DNA of 42,938 bases. Origin: a virus (lineage: Duplodnaviria > Heunggongvirae > Uroviricota > Caudoviricetes). Under the pieces are notes generated by a model that was not told where the DNA came from, did not search any database, and saw only the letters and a list, made by a program, of their open reading frames with translations. Positions 18,240-27,398 of the stretch are shown here, in pieces. Numbering within the stretch: position 1 is the stretch's first letter; the number at the start of each line of letters is the position of its first letter. The position numbers were made by a program, and so were the translations under genes. Where the stretch lies: the IMG/VR virus record IMGVR_UViG_2541047938_000003, positions 1 through 42,938 of that record; one strand, 5' to 3'.

Positions 18240-18656
18240 GCTGCGCGTCAGAGGTTCGATTCCTTTGCCCGCTCCAGTAAAAGCTTTCCAGTCTGCGATG
18301 ATGGGTTCCCCGGAGTGACTGGAAAGCGACCTGGTTTTGAATGGGCGCTGCTTTTTGCAAAATTGCTGTGTGAAAATACTGACCTTTGGGTTCAGCGCTC
18401 ATCCAAAAGCATCACGTGAATTCACCAACGCTCATGTACTCTCCAGGAAACAATAAGTGATTCTGAAAAGTTCCGGTTAGATATTGCCCCGGTCACCGGA
18501 TGATTTTATCTTTTGGTTCGTGGTGAATCCCCCTATGCGGCGGGGCGTCCAGTCAAACTTTTTTGTCCAGGTTTGTTTGCGCGGAACTAGTCGGCTGGGG
18601 CTGTTCCACCGGGAGGCACCCGGCGCCACCTCCTTGACGGTATTGTTATTTTTCAT

Positions 18657-18683
18657 GCCTGTTCGTCCGAGCAGGCTTTTTTT
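18657..18683 (+). terminator. Candidate rho-independent terminator
   Basis: GCCTG-(10 nt loop)-CAGGC followed by seven T; short stem so moderate. Confidence 0.4.
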
Positions 18684-19092
18684 GCCCGCATTATCTTCAT
18701 TGAAAACTGGCAACTCAGAGAATCATCCAAATTAAAAAAGCAGCAACGAGAGCGATTACTAATACATTCTTCGCTTTTTCTCTTCTGCTGGCCTTCACAA
18801 AAGGATTCACTATCCGGCAGTGGCTACACACAAGTGATTCTGGGTTAATTAACTTTCCGCAGTAGGGGCAGGGCTTGATAATCATTGGTACTAATTAAGT
18901 TGTGAGAACGTAGTCTCATTTAACCACATTTATCGAGTTGTTTTACTAATGGTCTAGTTATTTCAGACATATTCATCAATTTCAGGCTCACGGGAATCAT
19001 CCGCTACGTGCTTTGTTGATAAATCCAGCCCGTGAAGCCTGACCCTTTTCAAACACACACACAGCGCCATCCGAAAAATCGGAGGTGAGGCT

Positions 19093-19371
19093 ATGACCAG
19101 AATGAGCACCATTTACAGCAGACTTTCATATGGAACAGGAACCACGCTGACCGGCTGCGGTGTATCAGCGAAGGCATATGCCGAAACAGCAAAAACAGCA
19201 AAAGAGGTGTCCTGGATGTTGGCCGACAGAATTGCAGGGTTAAGCCTGAGCGACTGGGCAATTATTGTCGGTATCGCATGCACTGTTATTACCTGTGCAG
19301 TGAACTGGTATTTCCGCTGGAAAGAACGGGAGGATCGTCGCAATGGCTATGCCACCAAAGCTGAAGAATAA
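19093..19371 (+). CDS. Holin, S21-like pinholin
   Basis: GGAGGTGAGG RBS; TM segment and C-terminus resembling phage 21 S (…YF..REDRR…); dual-start-like MTRMST. Confidence 0.7.
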   Translation: MTRMSTIYSRLSYGTGTTLTGCGVSAKAYAETAKTAKEVSWMLADRIAGLSLSDWAIIVGIACTVITCAVNWYFRWKEREDRRNGYATKAEE

Positions 19372-19891
19372 ACTAAGCGCAGCGGTCGTTGGTTTGATTC
19401 TTGCCGGGGCTTCCGCCCCCGTGATTCTCGATCAGTTTCTGGATGAGAAAGAGGGTAACAGCCTGACAGCATATCGCGACGGCGGCGGAATCTGGACAAT
19501 TTGCCGTGGCGCCACGATGGTTGATGGCAAACCAGTAGTTCAGGGCATGAAGCTGTCTGCTCAGAAATGTGTCCAGGTAAACGCCATCGAACGCGACAAG
19601 GCGCTGGCGTGGGTTGAGCGAAATATCAAGTTACCACTGACCGAACCACAGAAAGCGGGTATCGCTTCTTTCTGCCCATACAACATCGGCCCCGGAAAAT
19701 GCTTCCCGTCCACGTTCTATAAGCGAATTAACGCTGGAGACCGTAAAGGTGCCTGTGAAGCTATTCGCTGGTGGATCAAAGACGGTGGCCGCGATTGTCG
19801 TCTGACCAAAGGTCAGAAGAATGGCTGCTATGGGCAGGTAGAGCGACGAGATCAGGAAAGCGCGCTGACGTGCTGGGGGATAGACCAGTGA
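19343..19891 (+). CDS. SAR endolysin (T4-lysozyme-like with N-terminal signal-anchor-release domain)
   Basis: N-terminal hydrophobic [19 protein letters not shown]; lysozyme E-D-T region [20 protein letters not shown]; resembles phage 21 R. Confidence 0.85.
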   Translation: MAMPPKLKNKLSAAVVGLILAGASAPVILDQFLDEKEGNSLTAYRDGGGIWTICRGATMVDGKPVVQGMKLSAQKCVQVNAIERDKALAWVERNIKLPLTEPQKAGIASFCPYNIGPGKCFPSTFYKRINAGDRKGACEAIRWWIKDGGRDCRLTKGQKNGCYGQVERRDQESALTCWGIDQ

Positions 19892-20406
19892 GTTTGCGTT
19901 ATCAGCTCATTGCTATTTTGCTGCTGGTGGCCGTCGCATTCATCGCTGGTGATGTATGGAGTAGCCGCGGTTGGGAAAAAAAGTGGGCGGAACGTGATAG
20001 CGCGGAATCATCGCAAACAGCGAACGCGCAGACCGCCGCCCGCATGATTGAACAAGGGCGAATTATTGCCCGTGATGAGGCTGTAAAAGATGCACAAGCA
20101 CAAGCCGCTAAATCTGCTGCCACTGCTGCTGGCCTGTCTGCCACTGTTAGCCAGTTGCGTACCGAAGCAACAAAGCTTGCCGCCCGGCTGGACGCCGCAA
20201 AGCACACCGCAAATCTTGCCGCTACCGTCAGAAGCAAAACAACCGACGCCGACGCCGCTATGCTCGCCGACATGCTCGGAAGTATTGCAGAAGAAGCTCA
20301 GCGATATGCTGGAATCGCTGACGAACGCTACCGCGCCGGGATGACGTGTGAGCGGATTTACGACTCGGTGAGAGAGTCAAACAATAACCCTATAGCCTCG
20401 CAATAA
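19888..20406 (+). CDS. Rz: Rz-like i-spanin
   Basis: GTG start overlapping endolysin stop (GTGA); N-terminal TM ([15 protein letters not shown]) then coiled-coil periplasmic domain. Confidence 0.7.
   Translation: MSLRYQLIAILLLVAVAFIAGDVWSSRGWEKKWAERDSAESSQTANAQTAARMIEQGRIIARDEAVKDAQAQAAKSAATAAGLSATVSQLRTEATKLAARLDAAKHTANLAATVRSKTTDADAAMLADMLGSIAEEAQRYAGIADERYRAGMTCERIYDSVRESNNNPIASQ
20090..20344 (+). CDS. Rz1: Rz1-like o-spanin lipoprotein embedded in +1 frame of Rz
   Basis: Lipobox LLASC, proline-rich mature region; entirely inside the Rz ORF. Confidence 0.7.
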   Translation: MHKHKPLNLLPLLLACLPLLASCVPKQQSLPPGWTPQSTPQILPLPSEAKQPTPTPLCSPTCSEVLQKKLSDMLESLTNATAPG

Positions 20407-20438
20407 AAGGGGTTTTAACAGCGGTGATCACTGGGCTT

Positions 20439-20467
20439 TTGACTTTGTTGTCTTTAGGTTAAAATAT
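20439..20467 (+). promoter_or_regulatory. Candidate sigma70 promoter for the downstream moron
   Basis: TTGACT (20439-20444) then 15-17 nt then TAAAAT/AAATAT; spacing not ideal. Confidence 0.35.
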
Positions 20468-20480
20468 TAGTTCTCATAAA

Positions 20481-20948
20481 ATGGAGAATTTAATGTTTAA
20501 GCAATTCAGGCGCAATATTGCCTCTGCAAAGGTAAGAAAGTATATAGCTCACTGGATGGAAGTTATGTCGCTTACATTCAGAAATTCTATGGCAGGAAAT
20601 TATATTGACCAGAAGGATTTAGACAGAATTAGCCTTGTTATTATTAGCACTGCAATCACTGAGGCAAAAGTTTGTAGTGGCATAATCATGACATGTGTTG
20701 CTGATGTGGCGGCTAGAGCAGGCATGACCGAAGAGGATTTAAGTTATCTTCCGTATCAGGTGCTTGCCATAACGAAAGGGGTGGAAGGTCGTTCCCCGTT
20801 AGAGTCTAAGAAAGGTATGCTTGGGCTCATTTCACCTGGTTATGAGTTTTCTGATCAGGATGCGGGTTGGTTCGATACTAATATTGAAATCATAACTAAG
20901 CAGCTTAAAAATGATCTGCGAAGCGTAGTTAACAAGTTGCAAGATTGA
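20481..20948 (+). CDS. AT-rich accessory protein (moron), function unknown
   Basis: 155-aa ORF between lysis cassette and terminase, with its own upstream promoter-like sequence and a strong downstream terminator. Confidence 0.5.
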   Translation: MENLMFKQFRRNIASAKVRKYIAHWMEVMSLTFRNSMAGNYIDQKDLDRISLVIISTAITEAKVCSGIIMTCVADVAARAGMTEEDLSYLPYQVLAITKGVEGRSPLESKKGMLGLISPGYEFSDQDAGWFDTNIEIITKQLKNDLRSVVNKLQD

Positions 20949-21183
20949 TTATTTTCGCGTGATGATTTCATCACCACCTCCGGTTAGTTGCTATTAGTTT
21001 AGATTTTACAACAGGCATTCACCGAGTTCCTGTGATAATGTCGAAACTCATTAATCAGGTGCGCGAGTGTCGGGTAATACCGGTCCGGACGAAGCGTGAC
21101 GCTGCTATAAGTTGGAGGATGGTGCAGACGACCAATATCTTCTGGCTCAATGGTCCGAATCCATTCCTGATTACCACACCCAA

Positions 21184-21211
21184 GCCACTGGCATCCGCTG
21201 GTGGCTTTTTT
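21184..21211 (+). terminator. Rho-independent terminator immediately upstream of terminase small subunit gene
   Basis: GCCACTGG-CATCCG-CTGGTGGC 8-bp stem (two G-U) followed by TTTTTTATT. Confidence 0.6.
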
Positions 21212-21224
21212 ATTGGAGTAAGCA

Positions 21225-22223
21225 ATGGCAAAACCGGACTGGGGCGAGCTTCAGCAACGGTTCCTGTCCGAACATGCCAAAACCGGCATTTCCCCGAAAG
21301 ATTGGTGCGAAGAGCAGGGACTGAATTACACATCTGCGCGGCGCTATATCAAAAAGCCGACTGCGCAAAAAACTGCGCAGAAGAAAGTGCGCAATGCGCA
21401 GACTGAAAAAGCCCCAACAACTGTGCAGCGTGAGCAAACACCAATTGATGCGCATGCAGATGCGCAGGAAAGTGCGCAACCCTTCAACCTGCGCAATTAC
21501 GGGCTGAACGATATGCAGGTAAGGTTTGTTGAGGAATATCTAATCGACCTCAATCGTACCGCCGCTTATCGCCGCGCCGGTTATAAAGGGGAGGGCAACA
21601 CGGCTTACGTTAACGCCTCTCGATTGCTAAGGAATGCTAAGGTCAGCCAGGCAATCCGTGACGCGCTGGACGAACGCTCGCGAAGAGTGAAAGTAACCCA
21701 GGACGAAGTGTTGAAATGGTGGTGGGACATTGCGACGGCAGACGCCACGCAGCTGACTGAACACCACCGCGGCTGTTGCCGTTACTGCTGGGGGCTCGGT
21801 CATAACTACCAATGGCGCGACGCCGTCGAATTCAAGGAAGCCGAGGAAAAGGTTGCCGGGAAGGAAGGAGCCAAGCTACCGCAGGACACTGGCGGCTATG
21901 GTTACGACGGCACCGTAGACCCGAACCCGGATTGCCCGCGCTGCAATGGCGTCGGCATCGGTCGCTCTGTATTTCACGACACGCGTGATTTAACTGGTGC
22001 GGAGCGGCGATTATTCGCTGGGATTAAAGAGGGCAAATCTGGCCTTGAGGTCATCACCCGTAATCAGGATGAAGCAATGAAGATGGTGGCCCAACACCTC
22101 GGCATGCTGAAAACAAAAACCGAACTGAGCGGGCCGAATGGTGAGCCTATCCAGCACAGCCACTCTTTAAGTGCGGAGGATCTCACTGATGAGCAACTCG
22201 CCGCAATTATCGGCGGTAAGTAA
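21225..22223 (+). CDS. terS: Terminase small subunit (Terminase_2-like) with C-terminal Cys-rich region
   Basis: N-terminal HTH-like region; central block RTAAYRRAGYKG...AYVNASRLLRNAKV; CxxC...CxxC pairs near C-terminus; precedes large terminase. Confidence 0.7.
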   Translation: MAKPDWGELQQRFLSEHAKTGISPKDWCEEQGLNYTSARRYIKKPTAQKTAQKKVRNAQTEKAPTTVQREQTPIDAHADAQESAQPFNLRNYGLNDMQVRFVEEYLIDLNRTAAYRRAGYKGEGNTAYVNASRLLRNAKVSQAIRDALDERSRRVKVTQDEVLKWWWDIATADATQLTEHHRGCCRYCWGLGHNYQWRDAVEFKEAEEKVAGKEGAKLPQDTGGYGYDGTVDPNPDCPRCNGVGIGRSVFHDTRDLTGAERRLFAGIKEGKSGLEVITRNQDEAMKMVAQHLGMLKTKTELSGPNGEPIQHSHSLSAEDLTDEQLAAIIGGK

Positions 22224-23607
22224 GCAGGCAGCAGCCAGGGAACTACTCAAGCGGCGCAATGCGCGCGCAAGCCTTCACGACTTCATTCAGTACATTAACC
22301 CCGAATACATCACCAGCAAGTTCTCTCAGACGGTTTGCGATGCTCTGGATCAGTTTTTGCTGGATATGATGAATGGAGTGCGCCCGATTCTGATTCTCGG
22401 CGCGCCGCCGCAGCATGGTAAATCAGATATCGTTTCGCGTTACCTGCCAGCGTATTTCTTCGGCAAGTACCCGGAAATGCGCGTGGGCGCGCTGTCGTAC
22501 TCTGCTGACCTGGCTGGAGACATGAACGCCGATGTTCAGCGCATTATGTCCACGCCGGAATACCGCAACATATTCCCGGGCGCATGGCTGGGTAATAAGC
22601 CCGACGATGGCGTCGCCGTAAAGCGGAACACCGACGAATTCGGCATAGCCAACCATAAGGGGACGTATGTTTGTGCTGGTGTAGGCGGCCCGTTAACGGG
22701 TAAGAAAATCGATCTCGGTATCATCGATGACCCGATAAAAAACGCCAAAGAAGCACTTAGCCCGACAACTAAGAAATCTATCTGGAACTGGTACGTATCC
22801 ACGTTCAAAACGCGTCTGTCCAAAAACAGTGGCGAAATCATCATGGCGACCCGCTGGGCGACAGATGACCTGTCCGGGCGTGTGGTGGAAATCACGCCGC
22901 GCGCTAAGGTGCTGGCGTTCCCTGCAATCAACGAGCAGGGCGAAGCGCTGGTTCCAGAGTTGCACCCAAAAGAGAAACTGCTCGAAACCAAAACTATTCT
23001 CGGGGATTACTTCTGGTCTGCGATGTATCAGCAGTCACCAAAACAGGCTGGTGGCTCCATCTTCAAAGACGAATGGATCAAGTATTACCTCCCGAAAGAC
23101 TTGCCGACCAACTTCGACATAGTCATCCACAGCTGGGATATGACGTTTAAAGACAGCGAAGGCACTGACTACGTTGTCGGTCAGGTGTGGGGTAAAAAGG
23201 GCGCCAATGCTTATCTGCTTCACCAGGTACGCGCGCGCATGAGCTTTACCGCAACGCTGAAAGCCGTTAAATGCATGGCTGACGAATACCCTAAAGGCTT
23301 ACGTAAGCTGGTGGAGGACAAAGCTAACGGCCCGGCGGTTATTGATTCACTGAAAAGCACCGTAGCAGGACTCGTCCCCGTCGAGCCGGACGGCAGCAAA
23401 GTAGCCCGTGCGCATGCAATCACCGCTGTATGGGAAGCGGGTAACGTTTTCCTTCCCCATAAAGACATCGCACCGTGGATCACCGAGACGGTCGAGGAAA
23501 TTACCACGTTCCCTGTCGGCGCGAACGATGACGTTGTCGATGCAATGACGCAGGGGCTACGCGATTTGTATCAGAGAAAAACACTCAGCCCACTGGACAT
23601 CATGTAA
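22189..23607 (+). CDS. terL: Terminase large subunit
   Basis: ATG 22189 after GGAGGA; Walker A-like LILGAPPQHGKSD; ~470 aa. Confidence 0.85.
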   Translation: MSNSPQLSAVSKQAAARELLKRRNARASLHDFIQYINPEYITSKFSQTVCDALDQFLLDMMNGVRPILILGAPPQHGKSDIVSRYLPAYFFGKYPEMRVGALSYSADLAGDMNADVQRIMSTPEYRNIFPGAWLGNKPDDGVAVKRNTDEFGIANHKGTYVCAGVGGPLTGKKIDLGIIDDPIKNAKEALSPTTKKSIWNWYVSTFKTRLSKNSGEIIMATRWATDDLSGRVVEITPRAKVLAFPAINEQGEALVPELHPKEKLLETKTILGDYFWSAMYQQSPKQAGGSIFKDEWIKYYLPKDLPTNFDIVIHSWDMTFKDSEGTDYVVGQVWGKKGANAYLLHQVRARMSFTATLKAVKCMADEYPKGLRKLVEDKANGPAVIDSLKSTVAGLVPVEPDGSKVARAHAITAVWEAGNVFLPHKDIAPWITETVEEITTFPVGANDDVVDAMTQGLRDLYQRKTLSPLDIM

Positions 23608-24950
23608 TGACGAAAAAAAATATCGTTGGTCGTCTGAATGATGGCCTGGTTAGCTTAATGACTTCGCTCGGCGAGAAGATCGGCGCGGTGCGGTATAGCA
23701 GCAGTAAACCCGACGTGCCGGATAAAGAACTGCTCGCGATGTATAAAAAATCGTGGGTGGTGAAAAAGTACATCAACAAAACCGCTGACGACATGCTGAA
23801 GTTGCCCCGTAAATTTTCGGGCGATGTCGATAGCTCCATAACCAAGCGCATCGCAGACGCTGAAAAAGAACTGAAATTAAACTCAGTCTTTCACAGCGCG
23901 CTGGGATGGGCCTCTCTGCTGGGTGACTCGCTAATCGTGGCTATCACTGATTGTGCCGATGACCAGATTGCCTTGCCGCTCAATTTGCAGAGCGAAGATA
24001 TCGTTAAATTCCTGGTGTTTCGAAAAGGTGAGTACACGCCGGACAGTAATGTCATCACCGACATACGTTCGGACTGTTTTGGTGAACCGCTGACGTATCA
24101 ACTTGACGTCGGAACGAAGCAACTCAGATTTCACCATAGCCGCTGCTGCCGAACGAAGCTTGGAAATCACAGCATTAAGGATCGCGCGAAGTTTGGCACG
24201 TCAGACCTTCAGGCGCCCTACGAGCATATCAAAACGTTCGACACTGCAATCCTGAGCACCGGCGACACCATTCAGGAAGCAAATGTCGATGTGCTGTTTA
24301 TCCCCGGCATGAATAACCAGATCGCAGCGGGTCAGGAAGGGCAGGTGCGCGAATACGCCAGGGTGATGAAGGACACCAAATCTTCAACCGGGATGTTATT
24401 GATTGATGCTGGCGATACCCAGGCGCAGGGGCGCTATGAGCAGAAAAACGCGCAATTTACCGGGCTGTCGGATGTGATCAGCAAAATGGCGATTGTACTG
24501 GCCGGGGCGCTGGACAGACCTATAACAGTTCTCTTTGGGGAGTCGGCCAGTGGGTTCAGTAGTGGCGAGGAAGACAACAAATCCTATTACGAGACGATTA
24601 ACGGCCTGCAAGAATCCCGGCTTCGCCCTATGCAGGATTTCGCCGACCAGTTCACGCTGGACAAACTCGCCATTACGGAAAGCCTTACCTACGAATACCC
24701 GACAATCGACAGCATTAACGAGGCAGACGAAGCTAACCGGTTTAGCCAGTATGCGACGGGCTTCAATACGCTGGTAACGTCGTCAATTCTGACGGAAGAA
24801 GTCGCAATCAGGGAGATGATTAACCGCGGCGTGCTGAAGACGGTCACCGAAGAAGAAATTAAGGGGATCGTCAGCACTGGCGGTAATTCTGGTTCATGGG
24901 GTGGTTATGGAACTAAAACTGCTACTGGAGCGCCAGCAGGGGCGGCGTAA
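23607..24950 (+). CDS. Portal protein
   Basis: 447 aa immediately after terminase large subunit (TAATG overlap); size and position typical. Confidence 0.65.
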   Translation: MTKKNIVGRLNDGLVSLMTSLGEKIGAVRYSSSKPDVPDKELLAMYKKSWVVKKYINKTADDMLKLPRKFSGDVDSSITKRIADAEKELKLNSVFHSALGWASLLGDSLIVAITDCADDQIALPLNLQSEDIVKFLVFRKGEYTPDSNVITDIRSDCFGEPLTYQLDVGTKQLRFHHSRCCRTKLGNHSIKDRAKFGTSDLQAPYEHIKTFDTAILSTGDTIQEANVDVLFIPGMNNQIAAGQEGQVREYARVMKDTKSSTGMLLIDAGDTQAQGRYEQKNAQFTGLSDVISKMAIVLAGALDRPITVLFGESASGFSSGEEDNKSYYETINGLQESRLRPMQDFADQFTLDKLAITESLTYEYPTIDSINEADEANRFSQYATGFNTLVTSSILTEEVAIREMINRGVLKTVTEEEIKGIVSTGGNSGSWGGYGTKTATGAPAGAA

Positions 24951-25758
24951 GCCTCGCCGCCGGAGGATGCGCCCCCCAACACCGAGTAAGCGCGCTGAGG
25001 TCTGGTACCGGGATCGGCTTACAGAGTTCATTGACGGAATGGTTCAGGCCTACATTGATGAGCTGGACAAGCCTACCCTGACTGATGCCACTGATATTAC
25101 TCCGCTGTCTGTTACGGCGCGACTTGCCGCTGTCATGCAGCGCCTGGCGAGCATTTCCATCAAGGAAGTCGCCGCCAGGCTCTCTGCCGGGTTCGTCGCG
25201 CGCGCGAACTTTCAGAACAAAGAACAGACGCAGCGCACTTTCTTCCAGGCTTTTGGAATCGACCTTACCGGCTTGCTCGGCGATGGAGCGATAAAGCCGG
25301 AAATGGAAAAGGCGGTAAGTGACAACGTTGATCTGATCACCTCCATCCATACCGATTTTATCCACGATATCGGCGAAGCGGTTTTCGCCAATATGAAGGA
25401 CGGTGGTCGGCATGAAAACCTGATCGACATTATCAAAGAGCGTGGCGGAGTTACCCGAAGCCGTGCGAAATTCATCGCGCGCGACCAGACTTCAAAACTT
25501 AACGCTGACTTCACAGAAGCCCGGAACGTTGCGCTGGGCCTTGATATTTACGAGTGGGGCGGCACAGGGGATGAGCGTGAAAGGGACAGCCATTTAGTGC
25601 TTAACGGCATGCTCTGTAAATACTCCGACCCGACAGTCTATTCAGACGACGGCGGCAAGACCTGGAAGAAGCGATCAACCATCGGGGCATTTATCGGCAA
25701 ACCTGGTGAAGATTACCAGTGCCGGTGCCTCGCTCTCCCTTACGTCTCATGGGATTAA
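24901..25758 (+). CDS. Head morphogenesis protein (Mu F / SPP1 gp7-like)
   Basis: C-terminal block YEWGGTGDERERDSHLVLNG...CRCLALPYV resembles the Mu F family minor head protein domain. Confidence 0.7.
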   Translation: MVMELKLLLERQQGRRKPRRRRMRPPTPSKRAEVWYRDRLTEFIDGMVQAYIDELDKPTLTDATDITPLSVTARLAAVMQRLASISIKEVAARLSAGFVARANFQNKEQTQRTFFQAFGIDLTGLLGDGAIKPEMEKAVSDNVDLITSIHTDFIHDIGEAVFANMKDGGRHENLIDIIKERGGVTRSRAKFIARDQTSKLNADFTEARNVALGLDIYEWGGTGDERERDSHLVLNGMLCKYSDPTVYSDDGGKTWKKRSTIGAFIGKPGEDYQCRCLALPYVSWD

Positions 25759-25761
25759 TTT

Positions 25762-26910
25762 ATGAAGTGGAAACGAACACCGCAGGGGTACGTGATTACC
25801 ACTGCGACGATAACCCGTGCCGGGCCGATTGAGTATTACGGCCACGAACTCGGGTTAACCGGCAGCGATGCCAACAAAAAAATCACCGTTATCCGCACCC
25901 TCGACGAACTGTCTAAACCCGAAACACTCGCTTCCTTCAACGGCCTCCCGTTCACCATTACTCACCCCGATGACGGGGAGGTGACCGCTGCAGACCATAA
26001 AGACAAGGCATCTGGTCACATTGCTAACACACGCATCGAAGGTGGTGAGGTGGTTTGCGACGTTTATCTGACTGATGCCGCAGCAATAGAGACGCTCGAG
26101 GAGACGGGGATACGTGAGGTTTCAGTGGGTTATGAGCCTGCGGAGCTGGTGGAGCGTGGCGGGAAGTTTTACCACATTAACATTCGCGGCAATCACGTCG
26201 CGGGCGTGGCAGAGGGGCGTTACGGACCTCAGTGTAAGTTAAACGACAAAAAAGGTAAGCCAATGTTCAAAACATTAACTGATGCCCTGCGTTTCCTGAA
26301 GGGCAAAAAACTGAAGGATGCGGAAGGCGCCGCGCTAACTCCTGATGAACTGGTCGGAATGATCGCCGCACTGGAAAAAGCTCTGGAAGATTTGAGTGGG
26401 CAGGGAACAGAAGAAGCGACGGCGCAGGCTCAGGAAGTGCTGGCGCAACTCGCAGACCTCAAGAAACAACTGGAAGGCATGACCGGGGCGCCGGTGACCA
26501 CCGATGAAGATCCAGGTACTGCTGGTGGCGATGACAAGGACACGAAAATCGCTGCGCTTGAAACCGAAAACGCCGATCTTAAAGCGAAGATTAAGGCGCT
26601 GGAAGACGAGCTTGAGCAACTGAAATCTGGCAATGAAGCCAGCACTACACTTGCTGACGCAAAAGCCCGGTTCCCGAAAGTAAATTTCAACGATGCCAAA
26701 TCAGCGCGTGACGTTCGCGCCGCTGTTCTGGTGAGCACTAAGGCATTTAACGATGCCCAGGTTAAAACAATGACCGACAGCGAAGTACGTGCCGCTTACG
26801 CAGCCATTCAGGCGACCTCTAAGCCGCGTAGTGAAATCGGTGCTCACCTGCTCAACGACTCCTCGAAACAAAGCACCAAAACCGCAACTCAACGCCTTGG
26901 GGGTAAATAA
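25762..26910 (+). CDS. Putative scaffolding/prohead core protein with C-terminal coiled coil
   Basis: 382 aa between morphogenesis and capsid genes; acidic coiled-coil C-terminal half. Confidence 0.45.
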   Translation: MKWKRTPQGYVITTATITRAGPIEYYGHELGLTGSDANKKITVIRTLDELSKPETLASFNGLPFTITHPDDGEVTAADHKDKASGHIANTRIEGGEVVCDVYLTDAAAIETLEETGIREVSVGYEPAELVERGGKFYHINIRGNHVAGVAEGRYGPQCKLNDKKGKPMFKTLTDALRFLKGKKLKDAEGAALTPDELVGMIAALEKALEDLSGQGTEEATAQAQEVLAQLADLKKQLEGMTGAPVTTDEDPGTAGGDDKDTKIAALETENADLKAKIKALEDELEQLKSGNEASTTLADAKARFPKVNFNDAKSARDVRAAVLVSTKAFNDAQVKTMTDSEVRAAYAAIQATSKPRSEIGAHLLNDSSKQSTKTATQRLGGK

Positions 26911-26912
26911 TC

Positions 26913-27395
26913 ATGGCATTTGGATTCACTGACTGGGACGGTGCCGACGGCACTATTAAACCAGGTTCAATCAAACGCGCCTCCAGCTCTAACGATAAAA
27001 TCTGGGGCGAAGAGAACCTGACGGATACACCACTGGCCTACGGTACTTTCGTGGCAGTTAACCCGCTTGGCGGAGTAATGCCACTGGCAGCTGATACCCG
27101 CATTCACGGCATTGTCGTTCGCGATATCTACGGTGAAGCGTCACCAGCTAACAAGCAGGCAAACATCGGTCACTTCTCTCACGGTGACTGCGTGGGCGCC
27201 CTGACCGTAGATGCAGCAGACTTTGCTCGCGGCGACACCGCTTACATCATCCCTGCCGGGGCAGATGCTGGCAAGGTTACCAATGTGGCAATCGGCAATA
27301 TTGATTTGGGTTACTGGGTTGAGGATGTAAGCGCAGGTAATAACTGCGTGGCGATCACCCTGGGTTACGTACAGAAAACGGCAGCAGGAGTATAA
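26913..27395 (+). CDS. Head structural protein (possible decoration protein)
   Basis: 160 aa directly upstream of the capsid gene. Confidence 0.4.
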   Translation: MAFGFTDWDGADGTIKPGSIKRASSSNDKIWGEENLTDTPLAYGTFVAVNPLGGVMPLAADTRIHGIVVRDIYGEASPANKQANIGHFSHGDCVGALTVDAADFARGDTAYIIPAGADAGKVTNVAIGNIDLGYWVEDVSAGNNCVAITLGYVQKTAAGV

Positions 27396-27398
27396 CCA

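Noticed and set aside
17779-18276. Hypothesis that the HNH gene sits in a group I intron interrupting a tRNA
   Set aside because: The interval is almost entirely occupied by the HNH ORF, leaving no room for a group I ribozyme core, and the flanking halves do not form complementary acceptor strands.
18477-18735. Overlapping opposite-strand ORFs 18477-18713 (-) and 18484-18735 (+)
   Set aside because: Mutually overlapping, no RBS, random-looking composition, and they span a terminator-like hairpin.
21032-21479. ORFs 21032-21406 (+), 21055-21333 (-), 21112-21324 (+), 21210-21479 (-) around the terminase small subunit start
   Set aside because: They span an intrinsic terminator and overlap the well-supported terminase small subunit gene in other frames.
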